The position numbers and the translations under genes are program-made. The notes under the pieces were generated by a model, which was not told where the DNA came from, searched no databases, and saw only the letters and a list, made by a program, of their open reading frames with translations. A DNA stretch of 63,843 nucleotides, filler included, from Aplysia californica (Eukaryota): assembly GCF_000002075.1 (NCBI RefSeq). It is 3 parts of 3 records of this genome, joined end to end, with 100 filler letters (N's around TTAATTAATTAA, not from the genome) between each part and the next. Parts side by side here need not be neighbours in the genome. Positions count along the whole stretch, not along the records: positions 1 to 25,320 come from NW_004797526.1; 2 more parts are not named here. The stretch is one strand, 5' to 3'. Shown here one piece after another: positions 15,051 through 25,420 of this stretch. Each line of letters starts with the position of its first letter. Within the stretch, counting starts at the first letter, position 1.

Positions 15051-18000
15051 TCTCTTTCTCTCTCTCTCTCTCTCTCTTTTTCTCTCTGTCCCTCTTTTTC
15101 TCTCTCTCTCTCTTCCTCCCCCATTTGATGAAATATTTTGCTGTTATGTTTTCTTCATTGTAGAGAGCTCTGATGGTGGAGTCTAGCACTACAAACGCTA
15201 TCACTTGTTCCTGCTACAGTCGTGATGGTCAGACCTTGGCCACTGGAGGGGCTGATGGATGGGTTCGGCTCTATGGCAAGTGTCTTTATCTTTTAGTCCA
15301 TTTGATGCATTTTTCATATATAGTTGTTTGATGGTCTGGTATGTTTTGTTTGTTTTATCTTTTAAAAGAGAATACCTTCCTAGTCACACAGAACTGAATA
15401 TTTCTTGAATATATACAGTATAACACTGAAAGGTCGAACGCAGAAGACTTGAAATCACACATCTGTCGAACTGTGCCTGCAGTACCGTTTTTTCTTTCTT
15501 TTTTATTTTTGTAAGATATCCTTCGAACTACAGATCCCTCGAACTGCCGAGGCCGGTCCAGACGAATTCAAGCTATCCGTGTTATACTGTATTTCCTTTT
15601 AGCGTTTTGGATGTTATGCACTATGTCATTACTAGAAATCATGAAGCTCATAACAGCAAAATACATAAGTTTACGAAAGAGAAAAGAAAGTGTTTTCCAG
15701 AGTTCAGTCCGTATTTTTGTTTTTTACAATTACATTTGAGCTCATTTCTGAAGCGGAAAGTCCTTGTTCGAGCCTTGTTTCGCACACAGATTTTTTCCTG
15801 CCCTCCCAGCAGTAATGGGTACCTGACTTCGAGTTGGGGAAGTAAAGGCAGTGTGGAAAGAAACTGGCCACCCTTCCACAAGATGCCGAAGGCCCAGGAA
15901 GTTGTCTCTCTAACACTAACAAGGCAATCCCCAATGTCCGGATCAGATGCGGGAAGAACTTTTTACAGTTTCTTTACAATTTTACTTATGTCCATCTGTC
16001 TCAGGTGATTTTTTATGGCACTCTGGTAAGCGTACATGGTGCCTCTAAATTTTAGACCAAAATATAAATATTATCCGATAATTATGTTTCAAGGACAGAG
16101 AATGAAAGGAAGGCCTGAACTTAAAGTACTTGGGGGAAGGACCTAGATTCCTACCAAATGGAGATGAAATACTCCTTGACAGATGTGGATACTTTTGCCC
16201 AGAATAAAAATACATGGAGAGCTTTGTTGGTACTATACTCCAGGACAAGATGAGAAAGGCTGATGATGATGAGCTGAGGAAGATGATGATGACGATGAGC
16301 AAAAATCTACCAAAAAAGTAGCCCATAGCAACAGTGTCAGCTTCTTCATCTGCCTTTCTCTCCCCATACTAAAGTATAGGCCACCAACAAAAGCTCTCAT
16401 TTGCTTCTGTCCAGGGCTGTAATCTTCTCCTGTGTTCAGCTGTATTCCACCTTCTATAGGTCGGAATCTAAGTCCCTCCCCCAAGAACTTTTAAGTCATC
16501 ATCTCTTTGTCTTTCTTTGTGGATTCAGTCTGAAGAATTGGTGGGTAATATTTGTTTCTGGTATCCTTAAGGTGTGTCCAATCTACTTCCATTTTCCCTT
16601 TCTGATATACATCTATTTTCTTTAGTCTTTTTATTTGTTTGCTTCCATGGTCATTCATTTCTAAAGATGCCAGGCCAATGATTTTTGGGATATTTCTAAT
16701 GCCTGAAGTTGTTAGATCACTTATATTTTGACATGTCTTTATGAGCCTGTTAATTTTATTATTGAATATTTAGTGTAGTAATACTGTCACCTCTTGTAAA
16801 ATTCAAAAGGTCAATGTCTAAGATCTTCTGAATGCTGTGAATATTTTCCTTTTTCTTTTGCAAGTATAGAATTTTTTATTTTTTTACTTTCCAGTGTATT
16901 TTAATACCTTACTCGTTTGTTTGACAGTGTCTTTTGACTTTCGCCTAAAAGCCTCACATGAGCAGTTAGTGGGTACTATAGTAAGGCCTTCCCACTTTTG
17001 TTTTCTACTATGTTTCTCTATATCCTAGTATATTTTTGGGAAAGTGTGACTGTTATCTTACTGACTCATGGTATACAGCCACTCAACAGCATGCTCAGTT
17101 CTGTATGTGAAGAATTTTTATACCTGTACTGAATATTGAGACTGAAATTTATTTTATTTTTTTCCTGAAAAAATTAAATGGAATAACACCCATCATTGCG
17201 TCTGTCGGTTTTTACACTCAAAATTGTCAACGACTTGCCTGTATGATTATTGTGGTCTTCCTCTTTTCCCCACGTGTAGAACTGCTGGCTACCATCTGAA
17301 ATTTTTGCCACTGCTGCACTGAGGTTTTTTCTTTGTTGTTATCGCTTTTTTTCAACCGTTTCTATAGATTATAAATTATGAGGGAGCTCAATTGGCAAAG
17401 GGTTTTTTTTTCACCTGGTGTTTAGTTTCATAGCAGCTTAACTTACATTTTCCACCCATTTTATACATTTCAGTCTTCTTTTGATTTTCTGTTAGTCTCG
17501 CCAAAATAAGAAGATTGTTGTCACTTACTGAAAAGATCTAAACTTATTGGTGCTCTTGTGTGTATGGTTTTTGTTAATGCCTATTCAACGTTTTCAGATG
17601 CCAACCAGCAGAAAGCAGTGAAAAAGTGGCAGGCTCATGAAGGACCCATTCACTCAGTGCAGTTTCATGCCAGTGGGTCTGTGTACAGCATGGCTGCTGA
17701 TGGCAAGGTGGACGTTTGTTATACTTCGAGTTTTGTGGTTTTTGTTTTGTTTTTCAATGGGATTTGTAACAGCTGTTTGGATAATCTTTACTTTTAAGAT
17801 TAGTAGCATGACCTGCTACTTGGGCTGTTTACGTACGGTCTGAAAATGGGATGCTCTGTGCTGAATTGGCGTACACACTTATACCAATTTTTGTCCATTA
17901 GTATAGGTTTTTGGATTCTAAGAGTGACATAACCAGAAAAAGTTACTCTTTGTATGCAAATTCCTGTCTAATTTTAGTATCTGATGTTATCAAGATTGAT

Positions 18001-20814
18001 ATTGTACTCCAGAGACTGTTCCACCACCTGACAGATCAGGCAACGGCAGATATGTACCCCTAAAAACGAAGAAAGAAAGATATAAAAGAAGTTTTTTTAC
18101 CATCTAGCTTAAGACTATTGTCAGAATAAGCATAGATGTGTATTGCTCTTTAGAGTATGTATCTATATAACTCCAAAGGTCTTGTAATTAAATTCCTGCT
18201 TGTGGTTGAATGGTGCATCTGATGTGATATGTACGTTTTGTCAGCTTTACTCCTCTTTTCATATTGAATTTTAATGAGAGTAATATACATTTTTATGCAT
18301 ACCTGCATGTGTTTTTATGGTCCTGTATAACTAAGAAAAATTTTTCTCTGGGATAAAAAAGTATTATCTTATCTTATCTTATCTTAACTGTCCTTTAGTG
18401 CTACTCAAGCCATAAAAATTACTTTTCTTTTTTTCAAAATTGAAAGAGTTTTTTTCAAAATTAAATGAGAAGTGATTAAGTTATTTCTTTTTTTCAAAAT
18501 TAGGACCAGGAACAGGTTAAATATAGGTTGAGAAGCATACATCCTCTAGTAGGGGTTAAGTCACTCTGACATGCTGTATCTTATGCTCGCTCTTCCTACA
18601 TTATCTGGGACACCCTGAGCAAGCAGTGAGATACCCCCGGGGCAGTGCCACTGACTGTAGTGTCTTTAGGCCATTCCCAAAGGAGGGACATTTCTCGTTC
18701 AAGCATAGTAGAATTGTAAATGGGCTGACTCATGTCACACTCATAACTGTGCCTGATCTACAACAGGGATCTGTTGCTTTTTCTTTCCTGATCCTTACTA
18801 TTGTCATTTTCCTCTACTTCTTTTGTATGTTTGTCACTGTCTTGTGACCTGCTATTTTACGGGGTGCTTTGATAGTGGAAGCAGACCTTATGCTGTTGAA
18901 GCTAGAGAGGTGAGCAGACTAAGTCTGATTCCCTTGTAAAGACTTCTCTGTTGACACCCACCCCTTGGCGCTCATATGACCTTATGCAGTTGCGAGCGCC
19001 ATAAAACCCTCTACTATTTTTATTTTTTTAAATAATTTTTTTTTTTAAGCAGTGATATTCCTTTTAGACAGGTTGATAAAAAAAGTCTGCTGTCTTTCGT
19101 ATGTCGCATCCTCTATTGCAAAGGAGTGGTATTTGTTCTCTGTATTTACAATGTCGGGGCCTCTTTTGTGCTGATTTGGTGTGTATGGTCTAACGTCTAC
19201 CCCAAGGTTTGAAAAAAATCATGATTTGTTATGTAGGACGTTGGACACATAAAAAGTTTTGAAAAGCTAAGTGCGTAATTGGGAAATTGGTTGTCAGGAA
19301 TGTATCAGCCAAAACTGAAATGTCTAAAATATTCTTGTGTGCAAATCTTATGGTATAGTTCTAAATCTTTGCGGTATGGGTCTATGATTTTTTAAAATCT
19401 TTTTTGAATTGTAATTTACTGTTGTTTTGAGAAAAAAAGATGTAAATTACACGTTTTTTATGAGATATGCTCCTTCACTCAATTTACGATAAGTAAGGCT
19501 TCTTGCTTCATGAATACTTGTATTCTGTAATGATTAACCTGTTTTTGTGCCTCTTTGTTTGTCAGATTTTTGTTTTGTTGTTTTGTGTGTGTGTGTGTGA
19601 GAGAGAGAGTGCGTGTGTGTTTGTTTGTGTGTGAGAGAGTCTGTGTGTGTGTTGTGGGAGTTCTATGTTTACTCTCTCCTCCCTGCATAGATGATTGGTA
19701 GAGAATGTTGTTGTTAATGTTTTGAGCTTTTTGTCGTTTCAGTTGAGTGAGTGGAGTATGGCTCGACCCGGACAGTTGCTGAATTCCTTGAAGGTTGGTC
19801 AGCGGAACTTGACGCTTGTCTCCCCTGGCAGCACGCGGGGCCGACTGTTTGCCCTGGACGTGGAGGGCCAGCATCTGCTCACTTACTCAGGCCGACGTGG
19901 AGCTATCTATAAGGTTTCTGCTCATGACTTTTTTAAACAGCTAGCTCTGTATCGGATGGAATGCTCACCGAAGGAACAAAAGAACCTTTATATAGATATG
20001 TGCTCGTCTTTTTTTTTCCTCTCCTATTGATATGTGCGAGTGTTCTTCATTTCCCTCATACTCAGCGAAAGGACGAAAAAGCCCTCATATAGATATGTGC
20101 ACATGTTCTTCTTTTCTCTCATATAGATATGTGCGCGTGTTCTTTCTTTCTCTCATATAGATATGTGCGCATGTTCTAAATATGTGTGCATGTTTTTTCT
20201 TTCTCTCATATAGATATATGCGCGTGTTCTTTCTTTCTCTCATATAGATATGTGCGCGTGTTCTTTCTTTCTCTCATATAGATATGTGTGCTTGTTCTTT
20301 CTTTCTCTCATATAGATATGTGCGCATGCTCTTTCTTTCTCTCATATAGATATGTGCACGTGTTCTTTCTTTCTCTCATATAGATATGTGCACATGTTCT
20401 TCTGTTCCCTCATATAGATATGTGTGTGTGCTTTTCTTTGCCCTCATATTTGGTTTCCTTTCTTCTATCGGGGGTTTTGATTGACTTTACAAGTATGTTT
20501 GGTCTTTATGTATGGAATAACATCCAGAGGCTAGCCCAGGATAGAGAAAGGTGGAAAATGTTTGTCTGTAATCAAGCCTTCTTGTCTAACTGATAACTTG
20601 GAGCTCGTGATTTGTAATTGTGTGTCTTGTTTCCTCATGTTGCCAGGGCTCTGGGTCGTCGGCTCTGCAGTGCATCATGGAACTCAAGAACCACATGTCG
20701 CCGGTGATCACCGTTGACTGGTCGCCCTCCCAGGACACCCGTGTCTGCCTCACCAGCTCCGTGGATGGGAAAATCAAAATATCCACTCTGCTCCAGAATG
20801 ATGGGAAACAATAA
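208..20814 (+). CDS. WDR91: WD repeat-containing protein 91 (17 coding exons, about 770 aa)
   Basis: join(208-330,1541-1805,2586-2708,3372-3454,3872-4005,4359-4548,6788-7051,9235-9340,10166-10194,10999-11093,12736-12832,13289-13386,14477-14621,15164-15275,17598-17707,19743-19913,20647-20814) = 2313 nt, all phases consistent. N-terminal LisH-like DQLVKDYLLFRGFSATLK, then LREYWRYL..RLFSRLE, QWQDTLQLSLHNFLSVVLQAMPVPTLLN, and C-terminal WD40 repeats ending VDWS..CLTSSVDGKIKISTLL all match WDR91 as recalled. Confidence 0.95.
1541..1805 (+). CDS. WDR91: WDR91 exon 2
   Basis: tttgtttcag|VDRMMEQ...FKDWF|gtaaat. Confidence 0.93.
2586..2708 (+). CDS. WDR91: WDR91 exon 3
   Basis: ttcag|AFPFVSNP...SLHNFLSVVLQAM|ATATCCTTTT (U12 donor). 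Confidence 0.92.
2709..3371 (+). other. U12-type (minor spliceosome) AT-AC intron of WDR91
   Basis: 5' splice site ATATCCTTTT, branch site GCCTTGAC at 3355-3362 and terminal AC at 3370-3371. Splicing restores the conserved QAMPVPTLLN. Confidence 0.93.
3372..3454 (+). CDS. WDR91: WDR91 exon 4
   Basis: AC|(P)VPTLLNVEFDARRMKTLQEENSLLKQQ|gtaaat. Confidence 0.92.
3517..3590. repeat. (TA)n microsatellite
   Basis: Pure TA run. Confidence 0.95.
3872..4005 (+). CDS. WDR91: WDR91 exon 5
   Basis: ttccacag|LLNSAANT...MVYDFSGLA|gtagtt; phase fits both neighbours. Confidence 0.8.
4359..4548 (+). CDS. WDR91: WDR91 exon 6 (low-complexity linker)
   Basis: aaacaaag|SDADTGSQEKQKPVRRFPLSL...GGQSK|gtaaat. Confidence 0.75.
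4720..5511 (+). mobile_element. decayed Tc1/mariner-superfamily transposon (transposase remnant plus 3' TIR)
   Basis: Broken frames give EKDEQFLYGIFFFGKAYIHLSGYINSTNAVY, like the mariner FSDEAHFHLSGYVN.QN.RYW motif, then LHTASCIVCG and terminal ..SKGGHIDH. Ends in GGATCACCCTG, a mariner-type terminus. The 5' boundary is approximate. Confidence 0.7.
6380..6760 (+). mobile_element. degenerate RTE-clade LINE fragment (post-RT region)
   Basis: Translates with stops and frameshifts to [17 protein letters not shown]...NRCLRKLLRI...WIGH...WNPQGKRSRGRPHGTWRR; similar to 62070-62430. Confidence 0.85.
6788..7051 (+). CDS. WDR91: WDR91 exon 7 (Ser/Ala/Thr-rich linker)
   Basis: ttttcccacag|TAKVTEMSIFPPP...QSFTS|gtgagt; phase 0-0. 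Confidence 0.8.
7088..7182 (-). mobile_element. RTE LINE 3' terminus with (GAT)n tail
   Basis: Reverse complement is nearly identical to 62453-62548. Confidence 0.85.
8325..9139. mobile_element. non-autonomous Tc1/mariner-pogo-type MITE
   Basis: TIRs CAGTCGAACCTG / CAGGTTTGACTG, TA target duplication on both sides, subterminal GTGGCCGT/CAGGTGG repeats. Confidence 0.85.
9235..9340 (+). CDS. WDR91: WDR91 exon 8
   Basis: attgcag|RSLSVPNHS...HQWSEE|gtaaaa; phase 0-1 bridges exons 7 and 9. Confidence 0.72.
10166..10194 (+). CDS. WDR91: WDR91 exon 9 (29-nt small exon)
   Basis: ttcccag|DCDSPFLLLE|gtaagg; supplies the PF(I/L)(V/L)L motif that precedes the first WD40 repeat. Confidence 0.8.
10280..10388 (+). 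mobile_element. L2-type LINE/SINE 3' tail with (ATT)n
   Basis: tgtcaagcac...cgctatacaaatgctatg followed by (tat)n, typical of an L2-clade terminus. Confidence 0.5.
10390..10605 (-). mobile_element. tRNA-derived SINE
   Basis: Minus strand head tgtggtgtagtggttagg (A box) ... ggtttgattccc (B box); tail aaatgacct...ggacattata. Confidence 0.65.
10690..10900 (+). mobile_element. retroelement 3' end with shared hairpin tail (I/Nimb-like LINE 3' UTR)
   Basis: Ends gctcatatgaccttatgcagttgcgagtgccgtaaaac, shared with 18967-19012 and 61694-61735. Confidence 0.6.
10999..11093 (+). CDS. WDR91: WDR91 exon 10
   Basis: tattgcag|DEYREHGSTASFCRFSVTGQYIASLDVDGIV|gtgagt. Confidence 0.92.
11172..11602. mobile_element. 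MITE with (C)AGACCTGCC / GGCAGGTCTG termini (hAT-like)
   Basis: Inverted termini; both ends are homologous to the reverse complement of 23582-23922. Confidence 0.65.
12522..12695. mobile_element. short TA-flanked MITE (pogo/Tigger-like)
   Basis: TIRs CA(T)TATAACAC / ATGTTGTACTG with TA flanks; inverted copy at 15416-15589. Confidence 0.8.
12736..12832 (+). CDS. WDR91: WDR91 exon 11
   Basis: gcccag|KVWMWSPQPATQATIMSKSAFLSLSWVSKSDRW|gtaagt. Confidence 0.92.
13289..13386 (+). CDS. WDR91: WDR91 exon 12
   Basis: tccttaag|LLLGNKTGSIRLFDVKESKTFREV...|gtgagt. Confidence 0.9.
14477..14621 (+). CDS. WDR91: WDR91 exon 13
   Basis: cttcag|CMRVTDLSTNPSSSQFVCA...GRLLQWDLRTLKLE|gtgagg. Confidence 0.9.
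15164..15275 (+). CDS. WDR91: WDR91 exon 14 (GC donor)
   Basis: ttgtag|RALMVES...ITCSCYSRDGQTLATGGADGWVRLY|GCAAGT. Confidence 0.88.
15416..15589. mobile_element. short TA-flanked MITE (same family as 12522-12695)
   Basis: Perfect TIRs CAGTATAACAC / GTGTTATACTG with TA target duplication. Confidence 0.85.
16100..16300 (+). mobile_element. degenerate RTE LINE 3' end
   Basis: AQNKNTWRALL..LYS-like terminus followed by (GAT)n. Confidence 0.55.
16340..16800 (-). mobile_element. degenerate RTE LINE 3' fragment
   Basis: Minus strand reads RKGKWK*IGHTLRIPETNITHQ...NPQ, then an RTE-type terminus. Confidence 0.65.
17598..17707 (+). CDS. WDR91: WDR91 exon 15
   Basis: ttttcag|DANQQKAVKKWQAHEGPIHSVQF...SMAADGK|gtggac. 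Confidence 0.9.
18300..18386 (+). mobile_element. Rex1/Babar-like LINE 3' tail with (ATCTT)n
   Basis: aatttttctctgggataaaaaagtatt followed by (atctt)n. Confidence 0.5.
18560..19015 (+). mobile_element. retroelement fragment ending in shared hairpin tail
   Basis: ggcgctcatatgaccttatgcagttgcgagcgccataaaac at 18967-19008; 5' boundary uncertain. Confidence 0.5.
19743..19913 (+). CDS. WDR91: WDR91 exon 16
   Basis: tttcag|LSEWSMARPG...TRGRLFALDVEGQHLLTYSGRRGAIYK|gtttct. Confidence 0.9.
19989..20449. repeat. minisatellite, unit of about 34 bp (CTCATATAGATATGTGCGCGTGTTCTTTCTTTCT)
   Basis: About 10-12 tandem imperfect copies in the last WDR91 intron. Confidence 0.9.
20647..20814 (+). CDS. WDR91: WDR91 exon 17 (stop)
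   Basis: tgccag|GSGSSALQCIMELKNHMSPVITVDWS...SVDGKIKISTLLQNDGKQ*. Confidence 0.92.
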   Translation, partial: GSGSSALQCIMELKNHMSPVITVDWSPSQDTRVCLTSSVDGKIKISTLLQNDGKQ

Positions 20815-23581
20815 GACTTGTTGACTGCGGTAGAACCTGGATAATGTCGGCTCGGTGAATGGAAATATTTGGATAATGTCAGTGTTCTCAGAATAGACAA
20901 ACAGATTCAATCAAATCTGCTCTATCGGCACCTGTCCAAGACAATCAGCAGTACAAACCACCCCTTCCCACCTTGCATTTTTTTTTTAAAGTATTATAAT
21001 GACACTGCTCTAGACATCTGTCTGTCTAAGATAACCACATTTCTGCTTGGCAACGGATAACCTTCTTGTACAATTTTGACTGTATCTGTTATATATTTAA
21101 ACTACTGGTTTATGTAAAGGTAAGTTCTTATGATGTCAAGATTCTCAAATCCTCCCCTGATCTGGGTTTTTTTTCCTTTTTCTGTCCAGAATCTTCATCC
21201 TGTCTATATCCACCATAAGCCCCGTTCTGAGAATAATTCCCTCTTGTAAGAAAAAGAAAATCACCATACATGTTTTTCTTTTTTTTAAATGTCAACAACA
21301 ATAACCGGATGTGATAAAAACATCCCATAAACAGCAGAAAGATAGATTATACAGTGATGTTTTAATTCATAGATAGCATTCGATGTTAATTGGCCCATCC
21401 ACATTTTCTGGTTAGTCAAGGATGGGCTATTTATCAGTTCTAGACCTGTATTCTTTGTCCTTGCTGTCTGACTCAACAACTTTTTCCAGATCTGAATCCT
21501 CATTGATGTCCCATTCCTTGTTCTAAAGGGGCCATGCATTGGTGGCTCTTCATTTCTCCCATTCTCTCCTTTGTTGTAATGATAAACAACACAAAAGAGA
21601 TCGCTGACCCTTTCGTGGCGGAAGATTTTTTTATTTATTTTTTTTTTCCATTTCTACTTCGTTCCAATTTTTATGAGCCAGAACAGCAGTGTCAGTCATT
21701 TTGCAGTCCTGTTCAGAATCAAGGACTAGTGTGTTTCATGCGTGTACAGTATTGCAGATTTTGAATCTTTCTTCAGGTTTAAAGTAGAATTCCGTTCTAA
21801 GCTATTATTGTAATACAACTTTAAAATCTTGCATGGTGCTCATGTAATGGTCCACACAATTGCCAAAATAGCTGATTTTAGGATGTACATTGTGCACGAG
21901 GACTGCATCTTGGCTCACTGTGCGGTATACATTTAACTCTTTTTATCCGGGCTACGAGTATACTGGTAACAAGGACCAGCCCGGGCTACGAGTATTCTCG
22001 GAACAGAGATACGGTCTCGTCAAAGAAGCTAGTTCTGCTTGTTATTACCAAAATACGCAAATACGGCGATGCTAGCTCTGTCTGAATATTTTAATTTTCC
22101 AATGAACAGTGGTTTCTTTGTTTTTGATGGGTGTAGAAGCTTGAAAGATGTCTCGAAAACGCACTTTCACGACCGACGAAGTACTTTTTGAAGTTGCGCT
22201 GGGTTGTGAGGGGGAAAGATACTAATTTGATGATAGTGACTCTGAAAATAAGTGCCGTAAATTCCGTTGTGGAAACTATTGTTATTTTCTTAAACTGGTG
22301 TCCCATTTCGACTGACCGCACACATTATCTCTCACTGTGTAATGTTCGATACTGCTCCATTTAAATCATTTGGATTTTTGTGTAAGAAGGAAATAGGAAG
22401 TGTCTTGTCTGTGTTTTTTAACAATTATTGTTGTACTGATACTTGAGTGACAGAAAGCAATAAGATATTTTCTTTCATGGTGGTGTTGTACTGTGTGATG
22501 TGACTGGCATTACCTCGTTTGTTGTATAAAGTATACTTTCCATGGATTTCTCCTCGTCTGGGCTTTTTTTTATCTCTCAAAGGGCCCTTTTCAGTAATAT
22601 ATACCGAGTTGGTATAGAGTGTTTGTTGCCTGTTGATTCCACTTCTAACATTCACCAAAATACTGTCTGTTTTTCATGGAGAATTGATCAGATGTACTCC
22701 AAATGTTTCTGTGATGCCATTTTTTTTGTTAAGTTAAACCGAGAATTACAAGTTGTTGCATGGCATTATTGTCTGCCAAGAAAAGTTTTACGAGATTCTA
22801 CTGCCAACTTTCTGAACTTGCTGTGCATTAGTTCTGCTGATTATCTCTGTATACTGAAGTAATCTAGGTCTTTGCACTAAGCCGTCATGTGATGTCTCGC
22901 TTTTGAGATGGGAGAAAGGAAGAGTGCGGAGAGAGTATGATGAGAAATGGGCGGGGCAGGTTGTGTCAAAAGTTGAGACCTCTCTCTCTCTCTCTCTCTC
23001 TCTCTGGAGTAACACCTTCTGATGTCACAGAAGGCAAGGTATAGTTGGACTCTATAGTGGATAGTTTTTCTTTTATAGAATATACATGTATGTCTAAAGT
23101 TCTGTTTGCGTATATGTCTCCCTATTTCTTTCTTCCCCCTTGTTCCAGGATGTTCTCTTCTGAATATGTGTATTGTATTATGAAAAAAAAATATATTGCT
23201 GTTTTCTTAAATTTATCTTGATCAGCTGCATGAACCCTTGGTCTCTTTGTAGATCTTTCAGCGTAATAGTGTGATAATACTCCAAGCTGTTGCTAATAAC
23301 TGCAGAACTATTTCCACTTTCCTTGAGCTGAGTATTTCAAAACCATCACGATGTCCTTCATGTACCTACAGGGTCCGGTGCTTGTGTAACCCTGAGATGT
23401 GCGGGTCATAGTTTGTTATCATATGTGTGCTGTGTGTCAGAGCAGATCCCAGATCAAAGAAGTGTGAGATTTTATCCAAAATGCTTGATGTCTTGCTGTG
23501 TGATACCTGCTTGGAAATGCTTATCAGAGGGAGGCCGATATTCCTGTTTCTCTCGTTGTAGACCAAAAGGTTTGGTATACT

Positions 23582-23922
23582 CATGCCTTCCAACTTCTCC
23601 GATAAAATCAGAGCCCTCTGATTTACAAAAAAATGTTTTGCCCATCGAAGAACTCCGATTGGATTTCCATAAAATCCTTTTTTACCCCCCCTTAAATTCT
23701 GTTTCCAGTGTGTAGGCAACTTGTAAATGATATAAAAAGACACATATTTATTTGCATATGTTTTTGATACACACGTTTTTTTTTGCCATGGTTGATTCGT
23801 AAAGCAATCTTTATCTGCTGGGGTCCTGAAGACTATAATTTTTCTTTCCCCATCTCAGAGACTCTTTGGGAAGATTGTGAGAAAAACTCCTATTTTTGGT
23901 CATTGAAGGGTTGGCAGGTCTG
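23582..23922. mobile_element. MITE (same family as 11172-11602, opposite orientation)
   Basis: Termini CATGCCTTCCAAC / GTTGGCAGGTCTG; internal homology to the other copy. Confidence 0.65.
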
Positions 23923-25320
23923 TATTCTATAAAATGTAATTATCTCTCAGTCTCATCAATATGCTCCTGATTTTCTTCATTTTGTTTTGCATTGAAATGA
24001 TGTACCGGTACTAGGGATCTTCTCACCTAACTACTTGTTGTTATGGAAACTTGTCAAATGATCAGTTGGTAAAATGTTTTCATCTGATATATTTAATTAT
24101 CCAATGAAATGGTAAAAGTAACCCAAAAAAACCCTTCTTCCTAGAGTAGGAGATATTGTTTTGCTTGACGATGTTTTGAGTACCATTGACCGCTTGCTGA
24201 CTCTGCTTATAGAGATCAGATAAAAAAAATTTGAGGAAATTGTTGGGCGTGCATACCAGAAGCTGTTTCTATTTTGCCTGTTCTTATCCATCTTATATCT
24301 TTTGTGTAAAATGTCAACGGCATACCCTACTTAATGTGCGATACAACTTCTATTTCTAAACCTTCAAGCTGTCAGTGATTCTGGCTAAACTTAAGAAACT
24401 TTTCATTGGCAAGGGATTCTCCCTTCACTTGGTTGTTGGTCTGAAGGTCAACTCTTCTCCCGCATTTTGCTTTGGTTCTCTTTCCATCTGAAATGGCACT
24501 GTACGAGACTATAGTCCCGTTGATGCTTGGTTGCTAGTAAGCATCTCATTTACCTGTGATTATCTACTCTGTGAAAGTCATGGCTCGTGCCCCAAGCAGG
24601 AAGAACATCTTTGGTGACAAGGTCATCTCTCGCTAAGATGTCAATATGTGTTTATAATAGTATGCTACAACATGTACATTGTAATCCCATAGCCAAAATA
24701 GAATGTGGAAACTGGACCTATTCTTACTTGCTATTTGGGCTTCTGATTTTGTTAAAAGTAAAAGGTTGATTTTTTGCAAATTTCATTACACACATACGCA
24801 CTATGTTGTTCTCTTGCTGTTTATAGTTATTGCACAAACCCTGCGAAAATTCTTCCATGAAGTGGCTTGTCAATGAACACCACTCATTGTACGTCCTCTT
24901 TTTGAAGCTTTTTCATTTAAAACCATCAAGAATCAACTGCTTGCCTGCTTGTTATTTTCACATGGTCTTGGAACAGTTTTTATTTTTCTTTTCTTATTTT
25001 GTTGGGGGCTTTTGGGGTTGTTGTTTTTTTATTTCAATTTTTTTTTGGGGGGGGGGCTGAATCATTAATGCTTTTCACTTTTGAAATTTCCTTTCAACCA
25101 GTTCAGTTTGGTAAGAGTTTTACAGCACTCGCAACTGCATGAGGTCATATGAGTGTGATTTTCATCACAGCTTCGAACAAAATCATATCAGCAACTGCTA
25201 TACTTCTGTCTGGCAAGGTGGATTTGATAAGGGGTAGTTCCATGGACCAGGGATTCAGCTCCAATTCTAGTGGGTTGCTGCTTCAAACTCATACACTGCC
25301 GTTTCTGGTGAGGGGGGGGG

Positions 25321-25420
25321 NNNNNNNNNNNNNNNNNNNNNNNNNNNNNNNNNNNNNNNNNNNNTTAATTAATTAANNNNNNNNNNNNNNNNNNNNNNNN
25401 NNNNNNNNNNNNNNNNNNNN
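25321..25420. other. artificial scaffold linker (N44-TTAATTAATTAA-N44)
   Basis: 100-nt gap with a six-frame stop spacer; identical construct at 53199-53298. Confidence 0.95.

Noticed and set aside
19989-20449. CRISPR-like array
   Set aside because: Head-to-tail tandem units without unique spacers, in a eukaryotic intron; a minisatellite.
21932-22020. piggyBac-like MITE end (TTAA-CTCTTT, duplicated CCGGGCTACGAGTAT)
   Set aside because: No matching second terminus found, so it cannot be delimited.
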